Origin: Octopus sinensis
Lineage: Eukaryota
NCBI RefSeq assembly: GCF_006345805.1
Contig: NC_043014.1
Coordinates: 31,310,001 to 31,374,000, forward strand
Direction: 5' to 3'
Length of the DNA: 64,000 nt
Part shown: piece after piece, positions 1 to 11,357 of the stretch
Numbering within the stretch: the stretch's first letter is position 1
Layout of the letters: each line of letters starts with the position of its first letter
Made by a program: the position numbers and the translations under genes
The notes under the pieces: model-generated
Told to the model about the DNA's origin: nothing
Seen by the model: only the letters and a program-made list of their open reading frames with translations
Databases searched by the model: none

Positions 1-116
1 TGTATTTACTTTTCTTTCGATGTGTGCATTAGTCTACTCCGAAAATACTGATAAACATTTTACCTCTCCCTTCAACGGTAGAAAAGTAACAGTAACATCC
101 ACAGCTATTTGCTGAG

Positions 117-170
<54 letters not shown>

Positions 171-253
171 ATGTGTGTGTGTGTGTGTGTTAGAGAGAGA
201 GAGAGAGAATATGTGTGTGCGTGTGTTAGAGAGAGAGAATGTGTGTGTGTGTG

Positions 254-314
<61 letters not shown>

Positions 315-630
315 CAGACAGACAGAATTACTGTCAAACAGACAGACAGACAGATAGATAGGCAACATATCTCTCTTCAACCTTTTCTTCCGTCAACCTG
401 TGAAGTGTAACACATACCACAGATACGTACAAAAATAAAAACAAAAAAAACTAAGCGTATTAATATCATTGATAATAATAATTATGACGAAGGAGCATTA
501 GCATTACCTTTAATTCACACACACACACATAATGAAGGAAGACTTTAATCAATTAGGTATTAAAAAAGGAGACAAACAAATCCCATCGTTTTCTTTGTGT
601 CTTAAAAATTAAAAGGAATCATTTACTTAC

Positions 631-1006
631 ACTGAATGATTTTCCTTGATATTGCTAATAACAGAGCCATTCCAAAATTGGCTGTAGTAACTCCATCCTG
701 GGTGCTATGACCAATCCTAATGCCACGTGATTTAGCCCATTTAGTATCAACACTATTGAAACCAATGCCAATGAAGGAAATAACTTTAAGGTTTACTAAC
801 TTCTCAAGTAATTCAAGGAATTCTTGGTTTCTATTTAGGTCCGACTGTACATACAAGCCAACAACCTTCTCACAGAGTGAAGGATTTTGTTCCAGTTCTT
901 TGAGACTCACCACATTTTGTTTACGGAATACAACATTGAAGAAGAAGCTCTTAAAATCAGGCAATTTTTCATAAAGATGTTCACAAAAATTCACTACCAA
1001 AGCCAT
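631..1006 (-). CDS. Coding exon (ATG-containing) of a D-isomer-specific 2-hydroxyacid dehydrogenase, 2-ketogluconate reductase/GRHPR-like; gene continues off the left edge
   Basis: Translation contains LKVISFIGIGFNSVD..AKSRGIRIG..TANFGMALLLAISRKI, matching the family pattern LKVI..GVGxDHxD..GI.V..TAD.GMALLLA.ARR. Acceptor ttattctcaattacag ends at 1014, 7 nt before the ATG; donor T|GTAAGT at 630 (phase 1). Confidence 0.85.
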
Positions 1007-1387
1007 GATATTGCTGTAATTGAGAATAAAAAGTATTTCACAAACAACTGAAACGGCTGAACGAATAAGGAACTACATATAATAAAGGACCAATTTTTTT
1101 CTATATTAATATTTTCTGTCATACAAAATTAATAGACGTTCTATTTGGGAAATAACCTACGCTGCCTGACTGTCTTTTGAACTGAAATACAATATCTAAG
1201 GATGTTTTGTGTTTTTTAAACCATAAAAATAAAGAAAATTGTCAACGATGTGAACTAGTTTTTAATATACTTCTTTACTTTTGAGTTGATTATACTTTAT
1301 CACGAATAATATATTTTGGGACTGCAGACGTGATGGTACATATTCACGATGTTTTATATTCCATCATCTTTCATTTTATTTATTTTA

Positions 1388-2952
1388 GGATCTTTTCGAT
1401 TTGAACGGCAGTTTTTAACATAATTTCTAGGTAACTAAAAAATTTTAAACTTCGTATACTGGTAGAATCTCTCTCTATATAAACGGCAGTTTGTCTGTCT
1501 GTGTGTCTGTCAGGTTGTACTCTCACCCTGACCACGGCTTTCAACCGATTCTGATGAAACTTGACACACACATAGCCCAATGTCATAATTCAAAACTAAC
1601 GCAGCGAAAATTTTGAAAAGTTCGCCCAGTTCTGAAAAAAGTCAATAAATTCGACATGGGGTCGAGAATCTAAGTTTTTTATATGCAACACATTTTCTGT
1701 TGTAGTTTTCGCAACTTGCAATCGATTTTCACCAAACTCATGGTGAAGCTTAATGTTACCCTGAGAAACTTAATTCTGACGTTAGTTTTCCATGCAATAC
1801 CTTACCATCACAAAAAATCGATAAAATCATGCCATTTTGGGAAATCGCGTTCAAATTCAAGATGACATATTTTCGTCAATATCTTTCACAAATTGGCAGG
1901 ATTTTTTTTTTAAATTCACAGCGACCATCATGTCTGCTACAAGGAGCTATATGGCCCTTTTTATTCCAATAGGATACTTTATTACTGGAAAAAATCGGTT
2001 AATTAAATCATATGTGGCACACATAACAAACCGATTTGTGTATTAAACACAAACCACAGACTGTCTAGGGGACGCAACTCGACCTTTTTAACTCTCGGAA
2101 CACGTGGGGTAAGTATCCCAAGATGTATAAAAATGTACAAAAACGGCAAAAAAGCGGGCAGCAATGTGAGTGACAACAACGAAAAAGTCAAAAGTGACTA
2201 AACTGAACAAACGAATGGAAAAGGTTTTTTGGTGCACACGACAAAAGCGGTTTATAATAAACCAAGAGTTTGCAAGTAGCGTCCGAAGACCCTTAGGGTA
2301 CGTCAAAAATTTAAGGTAGAACGTTTGGGGTGGTAGTTATAAAGAAAGTGTAAACAAAAAAAGTATTTGAATAACTTGCGGCTGCAGCAGCTATTAGCAG
2401 AAGTGGCGGTGTTGGGGGTAAAGTCTCGAATGTAATTTCTTCCTGGTAGGAATTGGTTGGGTTGAATTATCGATAGCAGTTTGATAGTTCTTTGGGAGTG
2501 AAGAGAAGACATTGCAACCTACACATCCGCCTTCATTCCCTAGAGGGAAAGGACTAGATTGGGATTAGTCGTTGCCTACTAGGGGCTCTTACATACCCGG
2601 GCAACGCCGGGCTGTGCTGCTAGTGTGTTTATAAAACATCTTTTTCTCTTGGCTTTATTGAGAAAATTCTATAGTTTGTAAGATATTTGTTGTTTTTTTC
2701 TGCAATTTCAACCAATCAAATACGTCTATTGTGGTAAAAAACATTCTGTGCCGTATGAATATGTCCCTCGTTTAAGAAACAGATTGGGTTTATTTACTTT
2801 TCTGAAGAAAAAAAGGATATCCTTCCCTCCACCCCTAACCCTAACCCTAAAACAGATTGAAATGCAATAGATCGTAACTAGGGTCATAATTATGGGTGAC
2901 AATTTCATATGATACCGCTAGAAAAAAACTGCCGTTCAAACCGAAAAGATCC
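1388..2952. mobile_element. Non-autonomous TIR element (Merlin-like), interrupted by a Helitron
   Basis: ~29-bp TIRs GGATCTTTTCGATTTGAACGGCAGTTTTT / AAAAACTGCCGTTCAAACCGAAAAGATCC; perfect 8-bp TSD TTATTTTA (1380-1387, 2953-2960); internal (CCCTAA)3 at 2833-2850. GG termini with 8-bp TSD fit Merlin, but superfamily is inferred. Confidence 0.75.
1468..2623 (+). mobile_element. Non-autonomous Helitron
   Basis: 5' TC(TC)nTATATAAA..GTCTGTCTGTG start after A1467; 3' hairpin CCCGGGCAACGCCGGG then CTAG (2620-2623) followed by T; A|T insertion with no TSD. Confidence 0.8.
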
Positions 2953-3218
2953 TTATTTTAGTATATCCATGTTTGATACCATCCTTTATACATCTATATT
3001 AGATAAAATATATTCTCTTTGCTGACTGGAAAGTAATCGTGTAATTTGTCATGGCGAATTAAACACGTGCATATCTGTATAAATGCTGGGTTCACACACA
3101 TACTCACACACGTCGTCTGATATTTAATACTTCCCTTACAAGATTATCGTCAGACATCTTTCTAGACAGAGAATACTGACTACAATGTGGAGGCGGGCAA
3201 TCATCACAACGAACAAAA

Positions 3219-3278
3219 TCATCACCACCACCACCACCACCACCACCACCACCACCACCACCACCACCATCATCATCA

Positions 3279-3344
<66 letters not shown>

Positions 3345-3384
3345 CAACACCGGTAGCAGCAGCAGCAGCAGCAGCAGCACCACC

Positions 3385-3416
<32 letters not shown>

Positions 3417-3432
3417 CAACAACAGCAACAAC
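3219..3432. repeat. Compound trinucleotide microsatellite (CAC)n(CAT)n(CAG)n(CAC)n(CAA)n
   Basis: Direct reading of the sequence. Confidence 0.95.
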
Positions 3433-4291
3433 AAAAACACGTACAAAATGGACAATCAGTAACATCCAATTCTTTTTTATACCAATTTTGAGTGAATGAA
3501 AGATCTTTTATATGGCCATTTGATCTGCTAGAAACGACAGTCAGATTCCCCTCAAATTATTCCATACCTTATTCACACAAATATAAGAACATATCAAATA
3601 ATGTGGTCATTGATATACAAATGGACGGTATATTTTTAGTTGTGGCTTTTAGATTTATGTAATAATTTAATAAAAAATTGTGATAATTAGCCCTATTTTG
3701 TAGAGGTTTTCATCGTATCAGTAGTCAAAAAATACTTTTATTTTAAAATCTTCTTAGCTTACAGTTTAATGTATATGATATGAATAAGGAAGTGTAAAAG
3801 ATTGCGAATGAGTTTAAAATGTCGCAGAGAAAAGTTGAGCCCCTAGCTTTACAAGATACGTACATCACATTTAAAGACCACTAGTCCAGTTTCGTTAACA
3901 CTTTAACTGGACTCATTTAACCAACATTTTAGCAAACATATTTTAGGTAAGATACTACTAAAAATTATATCAGTGTTACATTTATCTCTATGGAAAAATT
4001 CTCATTCTGATTAAGCTTATACTAGCAGGTTTAACACTATTCCCAAGAAAACTACCAATTTCCGAACTCTGTTTATGAATGCTATCAATATCTGCAAATA
4101 AGCTTTCACAAATTACCACAGCAGAAATTAACGTAATGTATTTTCTGGCAAGCAATTCAAAATTTTCAGACCCAAATTTACAGACAGTATAAGTAAGTTG
4201 ACTTACGTATCTACCAAGATGTGTTTGGAACATCAAAGATTCCTTTCAGAAACGAACGATTTGCTTTTCTCTCGCTCTCACACCATCAAAC

Positions 4292-4331
<40 letters not shown>

Positions 4332-4695
4332 TAACTATATGAAAATATTCATCCGCCATCTCCATTTAATCTTGCTAAAGCGTAATACTGCTGGTCATCA
4401 ACTATAGCTACGCCCGAATATGTTAGGCAACATTCAATTGACTAAATCTACATTATCTATAGATTAGCGCGATCTAACCAAAAATGAACTAGTCGCCTTG
4501 ATTTGATTTTCTTCATTATAGATAAACAGTCAATCACTAACCTCTCAGCAATTTCTACTCACTCACTCTCTGAGACAATACAAACGAAGGACAGATGCGT
4601 ATTTTCACGGGACACATACATTTAATAAATTTACTGCCGTAGTCAATTTTTTAGAAATATTTTTTCACTGAAACAACTCTTCATTATCTTTGAAC

Positions 4696-4857
4696 GGCGT
4701 ATGAGTGGCTGTGTTGTAAGTAGCTTGCTTACGAACCACATGGTTCCGGGTTCAGTCCCACTGCGTGGTACCTTGGGCAAGTGTCTTCTACTATAGCTTC
4801 GGGCTGACCAAAGCCTTGTGAATGGGTTTGGTAGACGGAAACTGAAAGAAGCCCGTC

Positions 4858-4906
<49 letters not shown>
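4696..4906 (+). mobile_element. tRNA-derived SINE family A, 5' half ending in its internal (TA)n
   Basis: Head GTGGCTGTG..TAAG..GGTTCCGGGTTCAGTCCCACTGCGTGG + CCTTGGGCAAGTGTC core shared with more than 10 copies in the window. Confidence 0.85.
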
Positions 4907-4907
<1 letters not shown>

Positions 4908-6003
4908 TAGCATTAAAGACCCGTCGTTGCCGGGTCATAGAGCTAGTGCATGTATATATGTGTATATATTACATGTACATCTATATATATACATCTACAC
5001 ATAAAATACAAAATACAAAGTTATATCTTGATATCGCTAGTGATAACAATACTCAAAATATATAACAGACTGGAATTGTTAGCCCGTCTCTTGTAATTTC
5101 GATCAATTGTATCTTGTCCTCCCTCTTGTATAGAAGTGTGGCTACAATCCAGCCTACCTTTACTTCTGGGTGGATGGGTGGGGGGGCATTAAAAATTGTT
5201 TTTGCGGGACATCCTACGTCCCAGATATAAAGGTAAAAATAAAATATTTCCACTTTGCAAGTTCGAGTCGAGTACTCCCTTGCACGCTCCGTTGACTCGA
5301 ACCTTGCTTCTATTGTGGCGAATTTACCGCCTCTGATTAGATATCTTTCATAGTCCCACCAAGACACTTTTCAAAGGTGCTTTTCTCCATGTGTTCAAAT
5401 CTTTTTTCTCTACATTGTATACTTTATAGACAATAGTCTTTTCTTTAATTTAATTTTTTATTATCCATCTGGACTATTCCATTTCTGCACGCTAATTTTA
5501 TTTTAAATTTATTCCCATTCGTGTGAAACCACTTATTCAAGTTCAAGTCATTGATGCAATTTTATACCAATTGCTATTTTTACTTTTGTTATGTTACGAT
5601 TATATTATATTTTAGTTTGATTTTGATTATTACTTACTACATATAATTCAATTGTTATTATTATTTTTATTGTTAAAGTGAAAGTATCTGACATAAAATA
5701 GAGAAACGTTTTTGTTTCACTTTTAACACGTAATACTGAAATAGTGGAGAAGATATGATATTGCTATGGGCTCGCTCTAGGCAGGAAGTTGAACATTTTT
5801 TTTTTGCCCATGAAACTACATGGACCCTAAGTAAGGGATGTGTAAAATTTGAATGAAATTGGTTATGTAGTTCTCAAGTTTTAGGGAATCGTAGTGGAGA
5901 AGATATGATATTGCTGTGGGCTCGCCCTAGGCAAAAAGTTAAGTAGTTCTCAAGTTTTAGGGAAACACACAGACAGACACACATTCTCAGTTTTATATAT
6001 ATA
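4907..6003 (-). mobile_element. Non-autonomous Helitron A
   Basis: Minus-strand 3' hairpin GACCCG-GCAACGA-CGGGTC + CTAG|T at 4907; 5'-type sequence TATATATAAAACTGAGAATGTGTGTCTGTCTGTG at ~5965-6003. Confidence 0.7.
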
Positions 6004-6628
6004 CTAGCAGAAATACCCGGCGTTGCCCGGTTACATTCAATTGAAGAATTAGACTTTTCTGTTATATATATATATATATATATGGATACACACACACACA
6101 CATATATATAAATACATGAAAGTACATGAAGTTTGTTAAAAAAAAGGGGATCATGTATATACCTCCTGGCTGTTGAGATTATAACACCTCGTTGTAAACA
6201 ATGTTCCTTGTTTTTCCTTGTGGAGCATATACAAAAAGGTTTCTCTTGAGCAGCCAACATACAGTTGCCCATGAGAGAAGCAGGGCTCTTCCAAGAGAAG
6301 ACCAGCTACAGAGAGGGTTTGACCCTGAGATTTGTTGATGGACATGGCAAAGCTGACACGAAGGGGGAATTGCAGTCTTCTGAATGTAAATGGGAATTTC
6401 TGCTCCAGATGGAGTAAGAGGAAATCTTGGAATAAAGACGTCATCAGCTTTTCCACATCCAGAAAGAATGATCGCCTCGATAATGTGTGACATAATTTTC
6501 TTTATCACCAGTCGTGTTCCACTGCAAAGTCTTGGTGGTTCCAGATTGCGGAATAGCATTACAAGAGTTCCAACTTTAAGTGCTAATATGTGTAGAGGTA
6601 GTCCAGGAGGCTCCAGTGAATTGAGAAA
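6004..6628 (-). pseudogene. Helitron B 3' end with frameshifted RepHel Pif1-type helicase C-terminus
   Basis: FLNSLEPPGLPLHILALKVGTLVMLFRNLEPPRLCSGTRL..FIPRFPL /fs/ FRRLQFPLRVSFAMSINKSQGQTL..PCFSHGQLYVGCSR /fs/ GKTRNIVYNEVL*; then hairpin CCGGGCAACGCCGGG and CTAG|T at 6004. Confidence 0.92.
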
Positions 6629-6630
6629 TT

Positions 6631-6947
6631 ACACCACCACCACCACCACCACCACCACTGTCACCGTCACCACCACTGTCACCGTCACCACCACTGTCAC
6701 CGTCACCACCACCACCACCGCCACCACCACCGTCACCACCACCACCGTCGCCATCACCACCACCGTCACCATCACCACCGTCGTCACCACCACCACCACC
6801 ACCACCACCACCACCACAACCGTCACCACCACCACCACCACCGCCACCACCACCGTCACCACCACCACCACCACTGTCACCATCACCACCACCGTCACCA
6901 TCACCACCGTCGTCACTACCGCCACCACAACCGTCACCACCACCACC

Positions 6948-6979
<32 letters not shown>

Positions 6980-7095
6980 CAGCAGCAGCAACGATATCGT
7001 CGTTTTGCCGTCTACCATAACTGTCAACAACAACACCACTACTACAACCTCAACCACTACAAGTGACACCAACACTACCACCAACACTACCACCA
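6631..7095. repeat. Degenerate (ACC)n/(CAA)n trinucleotide tract truncating the Helitron helicase
   Basis: Direct reading of the sequence. Confidence 0.9.
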
Positions 7096-7534
7096 AAAAC
7101 AAATCCAATTTTGCACAAGCGTTAAAAATAAAAAAAGACAATACTAAACTTCAAAAGTTTGTGTTCGGATAATATTTTTTATATAAAAGTTGTGCAACAG
7201 CTAAAGCATTCGGTTGTGCAAATTCTTTGCACGGGAAACCTTCCCTGTGTGGCGTGTTTCCCCATTTTGTAGAAACTGCTTTCGGCTTTCTTAGCCATTT
7301 CTGTTTTGGCGACTTCAAAGCCATGAAGTCGTCGTTCTAAAAGAAGGCGGGTCTCCTTGACAACGCATACGACGTTGATTTCCTTACCCTGCCTTCACCA
7401 CAGCTTCATGAAGGGGGAAGGAAGGGGAGGAGCAACACAGGTGCAGGAGCGAGCATGGACGCCAACTCCGCGACCGACACACGACGAATTGGAAGAACCC
7501 AGACGACAGCTTCACAGTCAAAGGACAACTCTGC

Positions 7535-7800
7535 CACAAACACCACCACCATAACCACGACAACCAACACTACCACCACCACCACCACCACCACCACCAC
7601 CACTACCACTACCACCATGACCACCACCACCATCACCACTACCACCACCACCACCACCACCGCCGCCGCCATAACCACCACCACCGCCATAACCACCACC
7701 ACCGCCGCCGCTTCCACCACCACCACCACCGCCGCCGCCGCCACCACCACCGCCACCACCACCACCACCGCCGCCGCTGCCACAGCCACCTTCGCCGTCG
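7535..7800. repeat. Degenerate (ACC)n/(GCC)n tract
   Basis: Direct reading of the sequence. Confidence 0.9.
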
Positions 7801-7804
7801 CGAA

Positions 7805-7942
7805 GTGTGTGTTTGTGTCTAACATACATACGTCTGTGTGTTTTTGTGTCTGTGTTTGAACCTCACCGCTGCTTGACAACCGGTGCTCGTGTGTTTACCT
7901 CCTCGTATCTTAGCCGTTCGGCAAAAGAGACCGATAGAAACT
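7805..7942 (+). mobile_element. SINE family A 3'-half fragment
   Basis: GCTTGACAACCGGTGC..GTGTTTAC..TTAGCCGTTCGGCAAAAGAGACCGATAGAA matches the 3' half of other copies. Confidence 0.75.
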
Positions 7943-8822
7943 AGTAGAAGATAAGATATAAAAAGATGAACGGGAAGCTGAGCAAAATCATAATTCTAAA
8001 ACCCAACAAGTACCGAAGTGAAGAATTCAAAACCTTTCTTTGTAGAAATAAGCACCATGAGACGCAGTTTTCTCTATTCGCTTTCTCAGTCATCGTCTGA
8101 CGTAGAATTTTCCAAGTTCTTCCTCTCAATATATTTCTCGACGTTGCTCCACGATTTCGTGATCTTTGACCAATTACGACTATATTTACGATGTGTCCTA
8201 ATGTCCTGTTACATGACGAAAAAACTTCGTTTTCCACTTTTTTGTTAATTGATAGAAGAGTTTCGTGGTTCACAGCTTACAATAAACGTTTCCAATATCT
8301 GAAAGTCAAGGCTTATTTTATTTCCATCTATTTATATTTAAGCCTGTTAAATTGTATGAAATAGTTATAAGCATGCTTCTGACAAGAGTTACCTCCCTTC
8401 AAATACGGATTAAAATTTTTAGGTTGCTGGGTTATACAAGGGACATAACTCTGAAAGTTATTTCTATACGCTAAAATACAAAGTGATATTTATATCAACA
8501 AAACACATAATTAATCTCTCTAGATAACTGATTAACAATTTCAAAAGATGAACTCATGTATCTATGGAATAAATTAGCTTTAGTCTCTGAAGCCAAGTCT
8601 CAATAGCTTGTAAAGATACGGACTGACCATTCTAGTAAACACCATTCACTGTTCTTTGTGTACAAATATACGAAAAAGGAAATTAAAAGTCAAGTAATGC
8701 CTGTTCTTCCACTTAACTTTAATTTATAAAGACATTCTCTCCCCTTTAATAGTAACTCTCCACTAAAGGCTAACTACTCGTTCAATAAAGTCCAGTATAA
8801 AATGTATGCACGTTCTTGTCAA

Positions 8823-8895
8823 GTCCCTGTAGCGCAGGGGATAGCGCGCTGGACTTCTAATCCAGAGGTCGTGGGTTCGAATCCCACCAGGGATG
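8823..8895 (+). tRNA. tRNA-Arg(TCT), intronless, copy 1
   Basis: Full cloverleaf: GTCCCTG/CAGGGAT acceptor, GCGC/GCGC D stem, CTGGA-CTTCTAA-TCCAG anticodon arm, GTGGG-TTCGAAT-CCCAC T arm; poly-T terminator follows; TATAAAA at about -27. Confidence 0.97.
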
Positions 8896-9050
8896 ATTTT
8901 TTTTTTTTTGTAGTATGCGAGTAGAAAGTTTTCCCTCGAGTAACTATTTGGTTTTCCCTGTCCATTGGCGATCGGTTGTTTAACACTGCGGGAGTGAAGC
9001 GAAATTTAACTACTGAGTAAGGACATTTTTTTTTTACACTTTTTATTATA

Positions 9051-9322
9051 AGCGCAGGCGTGGTTAAGAAACTTGTGTCCCAACTATGTGGTCTAAGGTC
9101 AGTCCCATTTGCAGCAACTAAAGATCAGGGCCGACAAAAGTCTTGTGAGTGGACTTCGTAGACGGAAACTGAAAGAATCCCGTCGTATGTATGTATGTTT
9201 GTATGTATGTATGTATGTATGTATGTATGTATGTATGCATGCATGCACACACGCACGCACGCACACACACACACACACACACACACGTATGTTTGCATGC
9301 ATGCATGTATGTATGTATGTAT
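9051..9322 (+). mobile_element. SINE family A 5' half with (TATG)n/(CA)n tract
   Basis: Head and GTAGACGGAAACTGAAAGAA motif shared with other copies. Confidence 0.75.
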
Positions 9323-9323
9323 G

Positions 9324-10509
9324 TGTGCGTGTGTGATTAAATTAATGAGTAAGGTTAATATTTATAATGAATTTGTCATTTTTGATGGGTGTGTAGCGCA
9401 GTCGGAGGAAAGACCTCCTTTTGTACACCCTCTATTTTTTTTTTTTTACAGAAACCCTCGTTTTCGGGTACGGAGATTACGAATCTGAAAAAAGAGAAAA
9501 TAGCAAAAATCAGCATTTCAAAATTTCAATCCCCCACCTCACCCCACTTTCTTCATTTTTGAGACTTTTTTCAGAATTTTTTCTTTTTTTTTTTTACAAA
9601 ATAAGCGGAAAAATATGGAGATTATGATTCTGAAAAAATTTTCCAAAAAGTTTTGTAAAATTGCAATTAAAAAAATAATAATAATAATAACCCGCCCCAC
9701 TCCCCTCGCAGTCTACGGCATAAACACGAAGTTTGGAAACCCTTTTCGCCATTGCGCATGCGTTGACTGATACGCTAAAAGTGAAACTTTGGAAGTGGTG
9801 TAGTGATGGGTGGGCGATATGGGGAAAAGATTTTTGGAAATTGTGTTTTTAATTTTTCGGTTATAAAATGCGGATGGTTCGATTCTGTCGTTCGCTTCTC
9901 TTTATGATTTCCAAATAACTTCTTATATACTTCGAAATCAAAATTGGGCGCACATGCCGGAGAAGTAACCCACCCGTTCCCGTACATTAAATAAGCCTTC
10001 AAGCAGTCTATTCACATGCTAGAAATAACAGCCAATTCTCACACAAACTCTTTTTCGCACATATTTTTTTGATGAAATTGTTTTACAAATATGCTTCATA
10101 TGGCCTAGAAGTCGATTGGGGATGAGTTTCGACGAAAATACCATACTGGCCGGCTTTGTTTCTTAGCGATATAATTTCAGAGAAATTTTCCGCTGTAAAA
10201 ATACTTATTATAAAAAAGTTGAAATAAAATGTTATTGCCAGGAACTCGGGCTGCTAGTGCAAACAAATGTGTTGCCCATCTTGTAAAACAAGATTGAAAT
10301 TTTGAAATGCCGATTTTTGCCATTTTCTTATTTTCAGATTCGTAATCTCCGTACCCGAAAACGAAGGTTTCTGTAAAAAAAAAAAAAAAAAAAAAAAAAT
10401 CGAGGGGTACAAAAGGAAGTCTTTCCTCCGACTGCGCTACACACCCATCGAAAATGGCAAATTCATTATAAATATTAACCTTACTCATTGATTCAATCAC
10501 ACACGCACA
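9324..10509. mobile_element. Long-inverted-repeat DNA transposon remnant (arms ~9324-9530 and ~10294-10509)
   Basis: The two arms are reverse complements (..GAGTAAGGTTAATATTTATAATGAATTTG..GCGCAGTCGGAGGAAAGAC..CGGAGATTACGAATCTGAAA). No clear TSD found. Confidence 0.6.
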
Positions 10510-10979
10510 AAATTTCCAAAATGAAGTGGGCCGGAAAATCTCACTCAGAGCGCAGGTTTCAGTGCAACAAGAAAAGTTGTAAGAAGTCGGCGAAAAACCA
10601 AATACCACTTCGGAAAGGAACTTGGTTTGGCCATAGCAATTTGTCTGGCAAAAATTAAAATAAAGTGTTAATTTTTTTTTTTATAACTGAAAGTGTTGGA
10701 AATTTCCAAAGCGTTTTCTTTTTTTTTTTTAACAAAATGAAACTTGAAAGGGCATTTACAAAAAATGTGAGTACCGAAATAACATTCAAATCCCCAACAA
10801 ACTCTCTTCACGCATCTGTATGTGATGTATATACAACACGAATTCGTTGAAAATATCAATGAAATTTCATGTTACATACCGTTGGAATTTATGGGGAATA
10901 AAGCTCGGAATAATGTTTTCAACATTGTATTCGGGAATCACTGTATTCCATTTCGAAATTTCGCGCATGTTCTTGTCAA

Positions 10980-11052
10980 GTCCCTGTAGCGCAGGGGATA
11001 GCGCGCTGGACTTCTAATCCAGAGGTCGTGGGTTCGAATCCCACCAGGGATG
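10980..11052 (+). tRNA. tRNA-Arg(TCT), copy 2
   Basis: Identical 73 nt to copy 1; T-run terminator downstream. Confidence 0.97.
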
Positions 11053-11357
11053 ATGTTATTTTTTTGTAGTATGCGAGTAGAAAGTTTTCCCTCGAGCAAT
11101 TTCAGAACAAGAAACAATGAAAGGGAAATCTGTTGACCCAACAATACAAAAAGAAAAAACAAGGAAGACAAAACAAATGAACACTTTCCTGTAACTTTCT
11201 GCTACACATTAATCGCGACAAAATAATGGGGAAAAATATGTGATCAATCAAATCATTTTTCTGCAAAGATTTATATCAGAGAAGTTCACACGATCCGATT
11301 CCCCACCTCATAACTTTAAAGAAAATGGATATATTTTATTGAAATTTTGCATAACAC

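Noticed and set aside
29-410. Several ORFs (poly-SL, ER, HT)
   Set aside because: They are translations of (GA)n/(GT)n microsatellites.
1548-1562. CTGATGA..AAAC as a hammerhead
   Set aside because: No stem II between the motifs; part of the Helitron 5' region.
2833-2850. (CCCTAA)3 as a telomere or fusion scar
   Set aside because: Only three units, lying inside a TIR element.
3136-3499. Poly-H/T/S/A ORFs in several frames
   Set aside because: A compound trinucleotide repeat is open in most frames by construction; no splice or homology support.
3988-4236. 82-aa ORF as a coding gene
   Set aside because: No recognisable motif; a strong donor early in the ORF suggests most of it is intronic.
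6390-7879. Long Thr-, Val- or Gly-rich ORFs (260, 170, 157 aa, etc.)
   Set aside because: They are (ACC)n tracts; the only real coding signal is the antisense Helitron helicase.
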